In this document: positions 29,789 through 40,104 of the stretch, piece after piece | Numbering within the stretch: the first letter of the stretch is position 1 | Layout of the letters: every line of letters starts with the position of its first letter | Source of the DNA: Gammaproteobacteria bacterium | GTDB lineage: Bacteria; Pseudomonadota; Gammaproteobacteria; M30B25 | Length of the DNA stretch: 64,000 bases | Assembly: GCA_018402195.1 (NCBI GenBank) | Contig: JAGYIW010000001.1 | Coordinates: 31,201-95,200 of the forward strand | Direction: 5' to 3' | The notes under the pieces: model-generated | What the model saw: the letters and a program-made list of their open reading frames with translations, nothing else | Databases searched by the model: none | What the model was told of the DNA's origin: nothing | Translations under genes and position numbers: made by a program

Positions 29789-31618
29789 CTAGTCAATCTG
29801 AAAACGTTCTTCGGCATAGTGATACAATGGCTGCCAAAGCAAATGGTTAATTATCAACACATAAAAACACATCACCGTAGTCCCCCACAACACTCTATGA
29901 AAATCGCCTGACTCGTAAAACTGGGTAATGTAAGCCCCTAATCCTGTCGTCTGAACTTGCAAATCGCCCCAAGAAACTGATTCAGCCAAAATACTGGCAT
30001 TCCATGCCCCCCCAGCTGCTGTGATGGCACCAGTAATAAAGTAAGGAAAAATAGCCGGAATAGCCAATCGTCGCCACCATAACCATCCATGCAGACCAAA
30101 ACTACCCGCCGCTTGTAATAACTGCTTGGGCATCGCTTCTGCCCCAGCAATCACATTAAAAAGAATATACCACTGCGTCCCTAACACCATTAAAGGTGCA
30201 GTCCAAACATCCCCATTCAGCTGATATTTGACAATGGCATAAACCACAACAGGAAAAATCAAATTGGCAGGAAAGGCTGCCAAAAATTGCACCGCGGGCT
30301 GACACCAACGGGTGAGCTTTGGTCGCAAGCCAATGTACACCCCTACAGGAACCCAAATCAAAGAGCATAACACAATTAGCACCATGACTTTAAAACCAGT
30401 ATAGGCACCAAGCAAAACCACTTTCAGCATTTCATCTCGTGTTAGCTCCTGTGCCACCATTTTCACCACAAAACCACAAATACCACCAATAGAGCCCAGC
30501 ACCAAAGCCAAGTAACCAAGATTAACCAAGCGCATTAAAATTATTGATGCACGAATCTTACATACCACGCGACGAAGCGCAGCAACCGCCATAAAACGTG
30601 CAACCAACCTCTCGCTCAACTTAACTCGCTGAACACGAGGAGAATGTCGGCTAGACCAACGGGTTGGCCACTGGATAAAAGCCTCCCATCCGTTCACCAG
30701 CATACCAGCAAGATACTGCAACCAACGACTACGCAAAAACAAGGTAGCAATAAAAGGCCTATCAGTACGCTCATCACCTTCCTCATGGGCCTGAAACTTT
30801 TGGGACCACAAGTGCAAGGGCCGAAACAACAGCTGATTATAAATCACAATCACAACAAACATTGCCACAATGGCATACCACACAGCTTGAATATCTTGCT
30901 GCTCAATAGCCAATGCAATATAGGAACCTACCCCTGGCAAAGTGATAGACTGGTTGGAAACCGTGATGGCTTCTGAGGCCACCACAAAAAACCAACTGGC
31001 AGACATTGATATCATCATATTCCAAACCAAACTTGGCGTAGCATAAGGAACCTCTACACGCCAAAAGCGCTGCCATGGCGACAACATAAACACATCACTC
31101 AGTTCTCGAAAATGAGCGGGCACTGTTCGTACGCTGTGATAAAAGCTCAAAATCATATTCCAAGCCTGAGAAGTGATAATGGCAACAATGGCTGCAAACT
31201 CAGGCCCCAGCAATGTCCCAGGAAACAGTCCCATCAGTAACGGTGCCAACATGGCCAAAAAGCTCAATACTGGGATGGATTGCAAGACATCAACAGAAGC
31301 AATAATAAACGTCTCTGCCTTACGGTTTTTTGCTGCCAAAGTGCCAAAAACAAAGGTCAAAATCAAAGAAAAACCTAGGGCAATCAACAGTCGAATTACC
31401 GTGCGCAAGGCATAATTGGGCAAATAAGCTGGATCAAGATGAATGACAAGCTGCTCACCCACCTGATAAGGAGAACGCATTTCAGCTGCACCTAGTCCAA
31501 GCAAAGTTAACAGCCCCACCAATAAAGCAAAAGCCAATAAATCCCATAAAGTTGGCAGCTCACGCTTAAGCATGGTACGGCTAAAACGGTCGTTGTGCTC
31601 ACCTAACATCGACATCAC
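29789..31618 (-). CDS. ABC transporter permease, duplicated (two fused permease domains)
   Basis: 609 aa with about 12 TM helices in two repeated halves. This is a COG4986-like anion-type duplicated permease, with no substrate-binding protein gene adjacent. Confidence 0.8.
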   Translation of the reverse strand: MMSMLGEHNDRFSRTMLKRELPTLWDLLAFALLVGLLTLLGLGAAEMRSPYQVGEQLVIHLDPAYLPNYALRTVIRLLIALGFSLILTFVFGTLAAKNRKAETFIIASVDVLQSIPVLSFLAMLAPLLMGLFPGTLLGPEFAAIVAIITSQAWNMILSFYHSVRTVPAHFRELSDVFMLSPWQRFWRVEVPYATPSLVWNMMISMSASWFFVVASEAITVSNQSITLPGVGSYIALAIEQQDIQAVWYAIVAMFVVIVIYNQLLFRPLHLWSQKFQAHEEGDERTDRPFIATLFLRSRWLQYLAGMLVNGWEAFIQWPTRWSSRHSPRVQRVKLSERLVARFMAVAALRRVVCKIRASIILMRLVNLGYLALVLGSIGGICGFVVKMVAQELTRDEMLKVVLLGAYTGFKVMVLIVLCSLIWVPVGVYIGLRPKLTRWCQPAVQFLAAFPANLIFPVVVYAIVKYQLNGDVWTAPLMVLGTQWYILFNVIAGAEAMPKQLLQAAGSFGLHGWLWWRRLAIPAIFPYFITGAITAAGGAWNASILAESVSWGDLQVQTTGLGAYITQFYESGDFHRVLWGTTVMCFYVLIINHLLWQPLYHYAEERFQID

Positions 31619-31635
31619 CCTAAATAATTAGCCTA

Positions 31636-32229
31636 CTAAGACAACCAATCGCGCAATTTATCTCGCGCCTCTTCTATCCCTACGCCCTGAAGTGCTGAAA
31701 AAAGCAACACGCTGATATTGTCTTGAGGGCAAGCTGCTTTAACACTGCGCTCCGCTTCCTTCAAAGCACCGCGTTTAAGCTTATCGGCCTTGGTTAAAAG
31801 TAACAACAATGGCACGTTGTAAGCAACAGCCCAATCAATCATAGCTTGGTCAGAATCTTTCAAAGGGTGACGAACATCCATCAATAACACTAAACCGCTC
31901 AAACAAACGCGATGTGCCAAATAGTCGTTGATAAAATGACGCCAACGCTCGCGCTCCGACTGCGGCACTTTCGCAAAACCATAACCAGGCAAATCGACAA
32001 GCCTACTGTGATCATCTAGCGCAAAACAGTTCATCAACTGAGTACGTCCAGGAGTTTTACTTGTCCTTGCCAAGCCTTTGATGCTAGTGATCGCATTGAT
32101 AGCAGAAGATTTGCCAGAATTGGATCGGCCAACGAAAGCCACTTCTTTACCGGCATCCTCAGGTAGTTGCGTCAATTTCGCCGCACTAATCAAAAAGCTA
32201 GCTTGATTAAATAGCTGAACCCCAGACAT
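31636..32229 (-). CDS. engB: Ribosome biogenesis GTP-binding protein YihA/EngB
   Basis: G1 motif GRSNSGKSSAINAI, 197 aa. Confidence 0.9.
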   Translation of the reverse strand: MSGVQLFNQASFLISAAKLTQLPEDAGKEVAFVGRSNSGKSSAINAITSIKGLARTSKTPGRTQLMNCFALDDHSRLVDLPGYGFAKVPQSERERWRHFINDYLAHRVCLSGLVLLMDVRHPLKDSDQAMIDWAVAYNVPLLLLLTKADKLKRGALKEAERSVKAACPQDNISVLLFSALQGVGIEEARDKLRDWLS

Positions 32230-32471
32230 GCTCGGCCTCCAAATCCATAAACATTGGCAGTGTTAAAGTTAATAAGCATAGTAACATTATTTGGTCACCA
32301 GGTTAACCTCTGGCAAAAAATGGACGATGGGTGAGAGTTAAATAAATGCATTTTAATACAACATAGAAACTACCTTGAACAAAAACTAATTGTGTTAAAG
32401 ACTTATTTAAGCTAGTATTAAAGCAAAGTATTCAGGGCAGGGGCAGGACTCCTTTCCGGTAAGAGGGGCAA

Positions 32472-33092
32472 ATGCATTCTGTCGAAAAAGCTATCCAGAC
32501 ACTAAAAGCACAAAAGCCAATCATCATTGTTGATGATGAAGATAGGGAAAACGAGGGTGACCTCATATATCCTGCAGACTTGATCGACGACAAAGCCATC
32601 GCTTTTATGCTTAAACATTGCAGCGGCATCATCTGCCTGACACTACCAGCGGAACGGCTTGATGAGCTACAAATCCCCTTGATGGTCAGTGAAACTGAAA
32701 ATACCAGCAAACTTGGCACCAGCTTCACCGTTTCCATTGAGGCTGCCGAGGGCACCAGCACAGGTGTGTCTGCTGCTGACCGCGCCAAAACCATCCAAAC
32801 AGCCATCCATCCCGACACAAAACCCAATGACTTAGCCAAACCTGGGCATGTTTTCCCTCTGCGCGCCCATCCAGGTGGGCTTGCCGAACGGCAAGGGCAT
32901 ACAGAAGCCTCTATTACTGCGGTTTCATTGGCTGGATTTTCTCCTGCGGCAGTGCTTTGTGAGCTAATGAACTCCGATGGCACCATGGCCAAAGGCGACC
33001 AAATCACCACTTTTGCGCAGGAAAACGGGCTTAGTATTATATCGACTGCGGCCCTTCACCAATACATGCTCGAGCAACAAAAACATGGATGA
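32472..33092 (+). CDS. ribB: 3,4-dihydroxy-2-butanone 4-phosphate synthase
   Basis: Canonical RibB motif IIIVDDEDRENEGDLI, 206 aa, monofunctional. Confidence 0.9.
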   Translation: MHSVEKAIQTLKAQKPIIIVDDEDRENEGDLIYPADLIDDKAIAFMLKHCSGIICLTLPAERLDELQIPLMVSETENTSKLGTSFTVSIEAAEGTSTGVSAADRAKTIQTAIHPDTKPNDLAKPGHVFPLRAHPGGLAERQGHTEASITAVSLAGFSPAAVLCELMNSDGTMAKGDQITTFAQENGLSIISTAALHQYMLEQQKHG

Positions 33093-33528
33093 AGTCAAAA
33101 AAAGTCCTTGTGTTGGCATTTGTTCTACCGTCTACGGCGACGAAGTATGCAAAGGCTGCAAGCGCTTTTATGATGAAATTATTGTCTGGAATAGCTGGGA
33201 TGATACACAAAAAAAAGCCGTCTATGAGCGCTTGGAAGCATTAATGGACCAAGCCATGGCGGACAAACTGACTATCAACACCCCAGCAAGCCTACAAGCA
33301 GAGCTCACTCAACACGGCATTCCTTACCAGCATTTCAAAAGCCATTGCTGGTGGTTATTCTTACTTTGGGTAAAAAAGCCAGAAGCTCTGAACAACTGGC
33401 AAAGATTGGGCATTACAGTCAATACAGCATACGAAAACATCCCGCCTACCGAGCTACTCAATCAAATCGATGATGCTGTCAACCTCAAAGCCCAGCAACT
33501 TTTTAACGAAAAACAAAAATCTAGCTAG
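33088..33528 (+). CDS. DUF1289-family protein (putative small Fe-S/zinc-ribbon protein)
   Basis: CVGICSTVYGDEVCKGCKRFYDEIIVW cysteine motif. The ORF is open from 32977, but the likely start is MDEVKK at 33088, overlapping the ribB stop. Confidence 0.55.
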   Translation, partial: DEVKKSPCVGICSTVYGDEVCKGCKRFYDEIIVWNSWDDTQKKAVYERLEALMDQAMADKLTINTPASLQAELTQHGIPYQHFKSHCWWLFLLWVKKPEALNNWQRLGITVNTAYENIPPTELLNQIDDAVNLKAQQLFNEKQKSS

Positions 33529-33650
33529 CCCTGCAAGCATTTACCAATTATCTTTACGGATTGCAAAGCTATTTCATTCCTTACAATACCCATCTTGATA
33601 CCAGCAAGTTTTTTCTCTATGATTTAAGAACTCTGCACAAGGATCACTTT

Positions 33651-35087
33651 ATGAATCGACGTCGCACTAAAATCATCGCCACTTTAGGTCCTGCCACTGA
33701 CGATATAAATGTACTCAGCCAAATTATTCAAGCTGGTGTAGACGTTGTACGTCTCAACTTTTCCCACGGCGATTCTCATGTTTTGAAACGGCGCGTCGCT
33801 GATGTGCGCCACGTTTGCGAGCAGTTAGGTGAAATGGTGGCTATCTTAGGTGACCTACAAGGACCAAAAATTCGTATAGCTCGATTTGCCAATGGCCCTA
33901 TCGAACTTCATAAAGGTCAGGACTTTTGTTTGAATGCTGACCTTAACGACGAAGCTGGCAGCCAAGAAAGCGTTGGCATAGACTATAAAGCCCTACCAAA
34001 AGATGTCAAAAAAGACGACATTTTGCTACTCAACGACGGCTGTATTGAGCTAAAAGTAAATCATGTCAAGGGCAATCAAATCAACACCACCGTTGTTACA
34101 GGTGGTCCTCTCTCCAACAACAAAGGCATTAACCTCAAGGGTGGTGGTCTATCGGCAAAAGCTTTAACCGACAAAGACCGTAAAGACATTGCCACTGCTG
34201 TTGATTTAGATCTCGACTACCTCGCTCTCTCTTTTCCCAGAGATGCCTCAGACATTCAAGAAGCCAGAGATGTCTTAGCCAAACTCAACAGCAGCATGGC
34301 CATTATTGCTAAAATTGAACGCATCGAAGCCATGGAAAATTTAGACGCAATTATCAAAGCAGCAGATGGCTGCATGGTCGCCCGAGGTGACTTGGCTGTA
34401 GAAATTGGTGATGCCGAAGTGCCCACCGCTCAACGACTTATCATCAACACATCACGTGCCCTCAACAAACCTGTCATTACAGCAACGCAAATGATGGAAT
34501 CGATGATCACCAGCTCGGTACCCACCCGAGCTGAAGTATCAGATGTCGCCAATGCCGTGTTAGAATGCACTGATGCGGTCATGCTTTCAGCTGAATCTGC
34601 GGTCGGTGAACACCCCATAAAAGTGGTAGAAGCCATGGATAGGGTATGCCGCGCAGCAGAAAAAAACCCCTCCACCATGATGTCACAACATCGTGTAGAC
34701 TGCACTTTTGAACGACGTGATGAAGCTGTTGCCATGGCCACCATGTATGTGGCGAACCACATGGACATCAAGTGCATTGTTGCACTAACCGAATCTGGAG
34801 CTACGCCTTTGTGGATGTCACGCATTCGCTCGGGTATCCCTATTATTGGCCTTAGCCGCCATGTCAAAACCTGTAGACTGATGATGCTGTACCGATCTGT
34901 ATTCCCAGTACAATTTGATGCTACCCAAGTAGACCGAGTCAAACTCAATGAAGCGGCACTAGAAAAACTTCTAGCCTTAGGTCTCGTAAAAAAAGACGAT
35001 TTAGTCATTATTACCAAAGGATCACTCATGGGAAGCCATGGCGGCACTTGCACATTACGCATTGCCCGAGTGGGCGAAACTTATTAA
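33651..35087 (+). CDS. pyk: Pyruvate kinase
   Basis: TKIIATLGPAT N-terminus and a C-terminal regulatory domain. The ORF is open from 33561, with a probable start at MNRRRTK. Confidence 0.9.
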   Translation: MNRRRTKIIATLGPATDDINVLSQIIQAGVDVVRLNFSHGDSHVLKRRVADVRHVCEQLGEMVAILGDLQGPKIRIARFANGPIELHKGQDFCLNADLNDEAGSQESVGIDYKALPKDVKKDDILLLNDGCIELKVNHVKGNQINTTVVTGGPLSNNKGINLKGGGLSAKALTDKDRKDIATAVDLDLDYLALSFPRDASDIQEARDVLAKLNSSMAIIAKIERIEAMENLDAIIKAADGCMVARGDLAVEIGDAEVPTAQRLIINTSRALNKPVITATQMMESMITSSVPTRAEVSDVANAVLECTDAVMLSAESAVGEHPIKVVEAMDRVCRAAEKNPSTMMSQHRVDCTFERRDEAVAMATMYVANHMDIKCIVALTESGATPLWMSRIRSGIPIIGLSRHVKTCRLMMLYRSVFPVQFDATQVDRVKLNEAALEKLLALGLVKKDDLVIITKGSLMGSHGGTCTLRIARVGETY

Positions 35088-35102
35088 AACGAAGGGGGAA
35101 AA

Positions 35103-36173
35103 ATGCCACTTATTACTTTACGCCAATTACTCGATCACGCAGCCGAAAACCAGTATGGTGTCCCTGCGTTTAACGTCAATAACCTAGAACAAATTCGTGC
35201 CATTATGCAAGCTGCAGAAAAAACTCACAGCCCAGTAATCATTCAGGCATCGGCAGGCGCAAGAAAATATGCTGGCTCTACGTTTATTAGAGGCCTAATG
35301 CTTGCTGCGCTGGAACAGTGGCCCAGCATTCCTGTATGCATGCACCAAGATCATGGTGCCTCACCAGCTGTGTGTCAGCGCTCTATCCAATTAGGCTTTA
35401 CCTCAGTGATGATGGATGGATCTTTAGAAGAAGACATGAAAACCCCTGCTTCTTTCGAATACAATGTTGATGTTACCCGTCGAACTGTTGATATGGCGCA
35501 TGCCTGTGGTGTTTCTGTTGAAGGTGAGCTAGGCTGCTTAGGCTCTTTAGAAACTGGTGAAGCTGGCGAGGAAGATGGCTCTGGCGCCGAAGGCAAATTA
35601 TCTAAAGAGCAAATGCTCACCGATCCGGAGCAAGCAGCCGACTTTGTCAAGGCTACACAGGTGGATGCTTTGGCCATCGCCATTGGCACCAGCCATGGTG
35701 CCTACAAATTTAGCCGCCCTCCAACTGGCGATATTTTAGCCATCGACCGCATCAAAGCCATTCATCAGCGTATCCCAGACACTCATTTGGTGATGCATGG
35801 ATCCTCTTCAGTACCTCAAGAATGGCTAGAAGTGATCAACGCCAACGGCGGTAAAATGCCAGAAACCTACGGCGTTCCTGTAGATGAAATTTGTGAAGGC
35901 ATCAAGCATGGTGTGCGCAAAGTAAACATTGACACCGATCTTCGTCTGGCCTCTACTGGTGCTATCAGGCAGTTTTTAACAGAGAACCCTGAAGAGTTTG
36001 ATCCACGCAAATACCTCAGTAAAACCATCACTGCCATGCAGGACATTTGTGAAGCCCGCTTTGAAGCCTTTGGCACAGCAGGCCAAGCTAGCAATATCAA
36101 GGTACTTTCGCTAGAACAAATGACTGGGCGCTACCAAAAAGGTGAGCTTGCTGCTCGTGTTGAGCCAGAATAA
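35103..36173 (+). CDS. fba: Fructose-bisphosphate aldolase, class II
   Basis: 356 aa with class-II FBA motifs ([15 protein letters not shown]; HLVMHGSS). Confidence 0.9.
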   Translation: MPLITLRQLLDHAAENQYGVPAFNVNNLEQIRAIMQAAEKTHSPVIIQASAGARKYAGSTFIRGLMLAALEQWPSIPVCMHQDHGASPAVCQRSIQLGFTSVMMDGSLEEDMKTPASFEYNVDVTRRTVDMAHACGVSVEGELGCLGSLETGEAGEEDGSGAEGKLSKEQMLTDPEQAADFVKATQVDALAIAIGTSHGAYKFSRPPTGDILAIDRIKAIHQRIPDTHLVMHGSSSVPQEWLEVINANGGKMPETYGVPVDEICEGIKHGVRKVNIDTDLRLASTGAIRQFLTENPEEFDPRKYLSKTITAMQDICEARFEAFGTAGQASNIKVLSLEQMTGRYQKGELAARVEPE

Positions 36174-36187
36174 AACCCAGAAATATC

Positions 36188-36934
36188 ATGAGAATACCGC
36201 ATATTTACTGCAACACCTCGATAGAACTTGGTCTATCATTTACCTTAGATTGGGCCAAATCACACCACCTAATCAATGTATTGAGATTGCAATCTGAGCA
36301 CCCTGTAACTTTGTTTTGTAACAATGGCGCCGCCTACCAAGGATATATTGCCCAAATTAAACGTGATCAAGTCTCTGTACTGGCCACAAAAAAACTGGAC
36401 TTACATCAAGAATCTCCCTTATCCATCACCCTATGTCAAAGTCTGTGCAAAGGTGAAAAAATGGACTGGGTAGTGCAAAAAGCCACTGAACTAGGTGTCA
36501 CCAAAATTATCCCCATCATCACTGAGCGCTGTGACATGCGTATCCCCCACCAAAAAATTGCAAAAAAGCTAGCCCATTGGCAAAGCATTGCCATCTCTGC
36601 TGCCGAACAATCAAGACGCCAGGCCCTTCCTCATATCAATGCCCCCCTCAGCCTCACGGACTTACTAGAATACCACAAAGAATCAGGTCCATTACTGGTA
36701 ATGACACTAACTGGCGGTTCCTCCTTAACATCCATAGAACCTAGACCTTCACAATGCCAAATTCTTATTGGTCCAGAAGGCGGGCTAAGCGAGGCTGAAT
36801 ACCAATTGCTCACAGAAACACAGGCTAATTTAGTGCAACTTGGCCCCAGAATATTAAGAACAGAAACAGCTGCTATCACTACCATCAGCTTGTGCCAAAT
36901 GATTTGGGGGGATTTGCATCCCGGTGATAACTAG
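36188..36934 (+). CDS. rsmE: 16S rRNA (uracil1498-N3)-methyltransferase
   Basis: RsmE/DUF558 fold: PUA-like N-terminus and SPOUT C-terminus (LIGPEGGLSEAE). Confidence 0.85.
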   Translation: MRIPHIYCNTSIELGLSFTLDWAKSHHLINVLRLQSEHPVTLFCNNGAAYQGYIAQIKRDQVSVLATKKLDLHQESPLSITLCQSLCKGEKMDWVVQKATELGVTKIIPIITERCDMRIPHQKIAKKLAHWQSIAISAAEQSRRQALPHINAPLSLTDLLEYHKESGPLLVMTLTGGSSLTSIEPRPSQCQILIGPEGGLSEAEYQLLTETQANLVQLGPRILRTETAAITTISLCQMIWGDLHPGDN

Positions 36935-37129
36935 GGCTTATCACTTAAAACCACTGAGGAATATGCTGATTTACGTGTGAGACATTTGACATTTTAATGT
37001 AAGACACTATACACCAGTAAAAATGAATTAACTTTAAAAACATAAAGATAAAGAAAAACCACCTTTTGGACACAAAAAAAAACAACATACAGCACTTGTC
37101 TGAGTAATTAACACAGATATGATTGTCTT

Positions 37130-37293
37130 ACTGAAACGGATTTGTCTTAGACCTGGATAGCCAAAGACATCAAAGACACGGAGTGTGCTCAAGGAAGAAA
37201 CCAAGGGAGTGTGAGGTTTTGCACTGGAAGTAATGGCAAGGATGATATATGGAAGAACCAAAAAGGGGTGACGCTTGGTCACCCCTTCTTTTT
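37130..37293 (+). ncRNA. Candidate CsrA-sequestering sRNA (RsmY/RsmZ/CsrB-like), copy 1
   Basis: Promoter-like TTGTCT-N16-TATGAT at 37096-37123. The body carries 8 GGA motifs. The terminator is 'ggggtgac-gcttg-gtcacccc' plus a T-run at 37265-37293. There is no ORF. Confidence 0.5.
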
Positions 37294-37480
37294 GAATGTA
37301 AGATATATCTCAATGAAACGTAAGACATTTCTGTTTTTTTCTCACTAGATCAAAAGCACAAATCATCTAACCTTATGATATAAAAGTATTTTTCTTGATA
37401 AAATATGTCCCCAATGATTTTTTATTAAAAAATCTGAGATAACACCTTGATCAAGTTGACGAACAATCTAGAATGATTTT

Positions 37481-37645
37481 GACATCGTAGAGATGCCAAT
37501 CAAACGATTTAGGCGGGTAGGAATTCGCCAAAGTAGACATGGAGTGTGCACATGGAAGTAAGTAAGGAAGACCAAGCTGAGGAAGGCACGACGGCAAAAG
37601 GAATATAATAATGAGGGGGGTGATGCACAGCACCCCCCGCTTTTT
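37481..37645 (+). ncRNA. Candidate CsrA-sequestering sRNA (RsmY/RsmZ/CsrB-like), copy 2
   Basis: TTGATC-N16-TAGAAT at 37447-37474. The body carries 6 GGA motifs (GGAATT, ATGGAG, ATGGAAG, AAGGAAG, GAGGAAGG, AAGGAAT). The terminator is G6-stem/loop/C6 plus 'gcttttt' at 37615-37645. It shares the core 'GGAGTGTGC.CA.GGAAG' with copy 1. Confidence 0.5.
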
Positions 37646-37716
37646 ATACAGAGAAAAACCAGCCAAATCCTAACTTCAATCTAGGAACAACACAGCAATC
37701 TTACTCAGAAAAAACA

Positions 37717-38994
37717 TCAAGAAGCACTAATAAAAGTACGCAACAGATAGAAGTACCCCAGTGACAAAAATACACCCGCGGGCAAAGTAACCGCCCAGGA
37801 CATAAAAATGTTGCGCACCACGCGTAGATTTAACGCACCCATCCCTCTGGCCACACCAACGCCTAGCACAGCACCAACCATGGTGTGGGTTGTGGACACA
37901 GGCATACCAAAGGCTGAAGCCAGTAGCACCGATGCTGAAGTAGCCAATTGTGCTGCAAAACCACGACTAGGCGTCAACTGAGTGATATTAGAGCCGATGG
38001 TGGCAATCACGCGATACCCCCATGTCGCCAGACCTATCACAATCCCTGAAGCACCTAACAACATTACCCAAGAAGGGATAGGGCCATTTGCATACACATC
38101 TCCACCAGCATCAATAATTTGCACCACAGAGGCCAATGGGCCCACCGCATTGGCCACATCATTGGAGCCGTGGGCAAAAGCCATTGCCGCCGCAGTAAAC
38201 ACCATTAGTATGGCAAAAATATGCTCCACCAACTCAAACTGCTGACGTCGCCGTAAGCCTTCACCGGAAATTTTACGATAGTAAAAAACATGGGCAAACA
38301 TCGCGCCAAAAAGTGCCATTACCAGCGAACCAACTGCCATCATTCCTTCAGACAAAGCCACATACCTAGACACGCCTTGGGACAACACGTATGCCAAAAT
38401 AAACACTACCATCCATGTGTAAATCAAAGCATGACGCCTAACCCTCGACACAGGACTAAAAGCTCGAAAAATATGTCGCTGAATGTTGGCAAACAACAAA
38501 TACGCCATCACAGAAGCCAGCAAAGGTGTCCCCACCCAACTCATGACCACCCGCCCAACAACCTGCCAATGCACACTATGCCATCCCACGGATGCTGCCG
38601 CAAAACCAACCACTGCACCAACAATACTGTGCGTCGTTGATACAGGCCATCCTCGGTAAGTGGCCATGACTAACCAAGTACCTGACGAAAGCAAAGATGC
38701 CAACATACCCAACACCAAATCAGCCGGACTTTGGGCAAACGCCGAAACATCAAGCAATTGACTACGAATGGTATCAGAAACATGGGACCCTGCAAAAAAA
38801 GCACCACACAGTTCAAAAACAATGGCAATTAGCGTTGCTTGCTTAAGCGTAAGTGCTTTGGCTCCCACCGAAGTTCCCATAGCATTGGCGACATCGTTGG
38901 CACCCACTCCCCAAGCCATCACAAAACCAAAAACCATGGCCATATAAAGCAACAAACCAGTATTTTCTAAAAGCATAGGTAAGCACCTCACCAA
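37717..38994 (-). CDS. pit: Inorganic phosphate transporter, PiT family
   Basis: 425 aa with duplicated PiT signature (GANDVANAMGTSVG ... GSNDVANAVGPL). Confidence 0.9.
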   Translation of the reverse strand: MVRCLPMLLENTGLLLYMAMVFGFVMAWGVGANDVANAMGTSVGAKALTLKQATLIAIVFELCGAFFAGSHVSDTIRSQLLDVSAFAQSPADLVLGMLASLLSSGTWLVMATYRGWPVSTTHSIVGAVVGFAAASVGWHSVHWQVVGRVVMSWVGTPLLASVMAYLLFANIQRHIFRAFSPVSRVRRHALIYTWMVVFILAYVLSQGVSRYVALSEGMMAVGSLVMALFGAMFAHVFYYRKISGEGLRRRQQFELVEHIFAILMVFTAAAMAFAHGSNDVANAVGPLASVVQIIDAGGDVYANGPIPSWVMLLGASGIVIGLATWGYRVIATIGSNITQLTPSRGFAAQLATSASVLLASAFGMPVSTTHTMVGAVLGVGVARGMGALNLRVVRNIFMSWAVTLPAGVFLSLGYFYLLRTFISAS

Positions 38995-39012
38995 AACTAT
39001 TCAAGCTTCATG

Positions 39013-39426
39013 CTACTCATTTAGGAACGCCGCATCAAATTGACCCGGCAACAATTCGGCAATCGTACAAACCTCATGCAACACTTTACCACTATCACAG
39101 ACACAAGACATATACACAGGGACGTCTGGCGCAGCAAATTCAGCAATACGTTGACGACAGGCACCACATGGGGAACAAGGCTTATTTCCATAACAAATAA
39201 CAGAAATAGCTTTTATTTTGACCTCACCCCCAGCAACCATCTGAGCAATAGCGCAGGTCTCAGCACAAACTGTCAAAGAGTAGGAAACATTTTCAACATT
39301 GCAACCTGCATACAACTTACCTGACTCTGACATAACGCAAGCACCCACATAAAAGCCAGAATACCGCGCATAGGCTCTGTCCATTACTGTTCTCGCTTGC
39401 ATAACGCCCACTTCCCACATACTCAT
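39013..39426 (-). CDS. cdd: Cytidine deaminase (small homotetrameric type)
   Basis: Zinc-binding motifs CAETCAI and PCSPCGACRQ, 137 aa. Confidence 0.85.
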   Translation of the reverse strand: MSMWEVGVMQARTVMDRAYARYSGFYVGACVMSESGKLYAGCNVENVSYSLTVCAETCAIAQMVAGGEVKIKAISVICYGNKPCSPCGACRQRIAEFAAPDVPVYMSCVCDSGKVLHEVCTIAELLPGQFDAAFLNE

Positions 39427-40104
39427 TCACTCCGCTAGCAACAACACAACTTTACCACCTACTTCTTGAGCATCATTAGCAAGGTCACCTACCTTCTCAA
39501 TGATACGATACAAAAACATCACATCTACAGGTGGCAACTCAGACTCCAGTGCAAAAAGAGCCATACGCAAGCCCACTTGCTGGTGATCAGTTTCTGACTC
39601 AATATCATCAAGTTTGGAAACGATTTTTTCAATATGGTCGGCTTCACAGCCTCGAAAACCAATTTCCATCAATTCATCAACCTCTGAAATAGCATTGTGA
39701 GCTTCCTTAGCAACTTCGGCAGCCGTTTTGCAATAGACCAAAAAGGCCTCCACCATCGAAGATGGTATTTGAATTTTACGTCCCAGAGCTAGGCCAGATA
39801 CATCCTTAGCATGATTGACCAATTTTTCCTGCGCCTTAAGCAAGGCCAACACATCACTGCGTGGAATAGACATAAACAAGCCCTTCGGCAAATGCTTGCG
39901 CAGCTCACGCTTGAGCTGATCGGCCACATGCTCAGCATCGCTGATATTTTTCTGAATAGTTTTGGCTTTTTTCCAATCCTGATCCACCAAAGCAACAAAA
40001 AATTCGTACACCAATTCTGTCGCACGCAAAGCTTCGCCCATATGCTTCTGCAAAGGCCGAACTGGTGAGCTGGCAAACATATTTAATACAGATATGGCTG
40101 GCAT
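39427..40104 (-). CDS. DUF47 / PhoU-like phosphate-transport regulator (Pit accessory protein)
   Basis: 225 aa, helical, from the TIGR00153 family. It lies immediately upstream of cdd-pit in the same orientation. Confidence 0.75.
   Translation of the reverse strand: MPAISVLNMFASSPVRPLQKHMGEALRATELVYEFFVALVDQDWKKAKTIQKNISDAEHVADQLKRELRKHLPKGLFMSIPRSDVLALLKAQEKLVNHAKDVSGLALGRKIQIPSSMVEAFLVYCKTAAEVAKEAHNAISEVDELMEIGFRGCEADHIEKIVSKLDDIESETDHQQVGLRMALFALESELPPVDVMFLYRIIEKVGDLANDAQEVGGKVVLLLAE

Noticed and set aside
32280-32471. Possible FMN riboswitch upstream of ribB
   Set aside because: Only a short 'ttcagggcagggg' resemblance to the RFN 5' strand, immediately before the start codon. There is no room or sequence for the rest of the element. 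The antisense ORF 32432-33010 is spurious.
34430-35062. 210-aa minus-strand ORF
   Set aside because: It is antisense within pyruvate kinase.
37265-37293. First sRNA terminator acting as the pit terminator
   Set aside because: pit ends at 37717, about 425 nt away. The hairpin is better explained as the terminator of the upstream + strand sRNA unit, although it is formally bidirectional.
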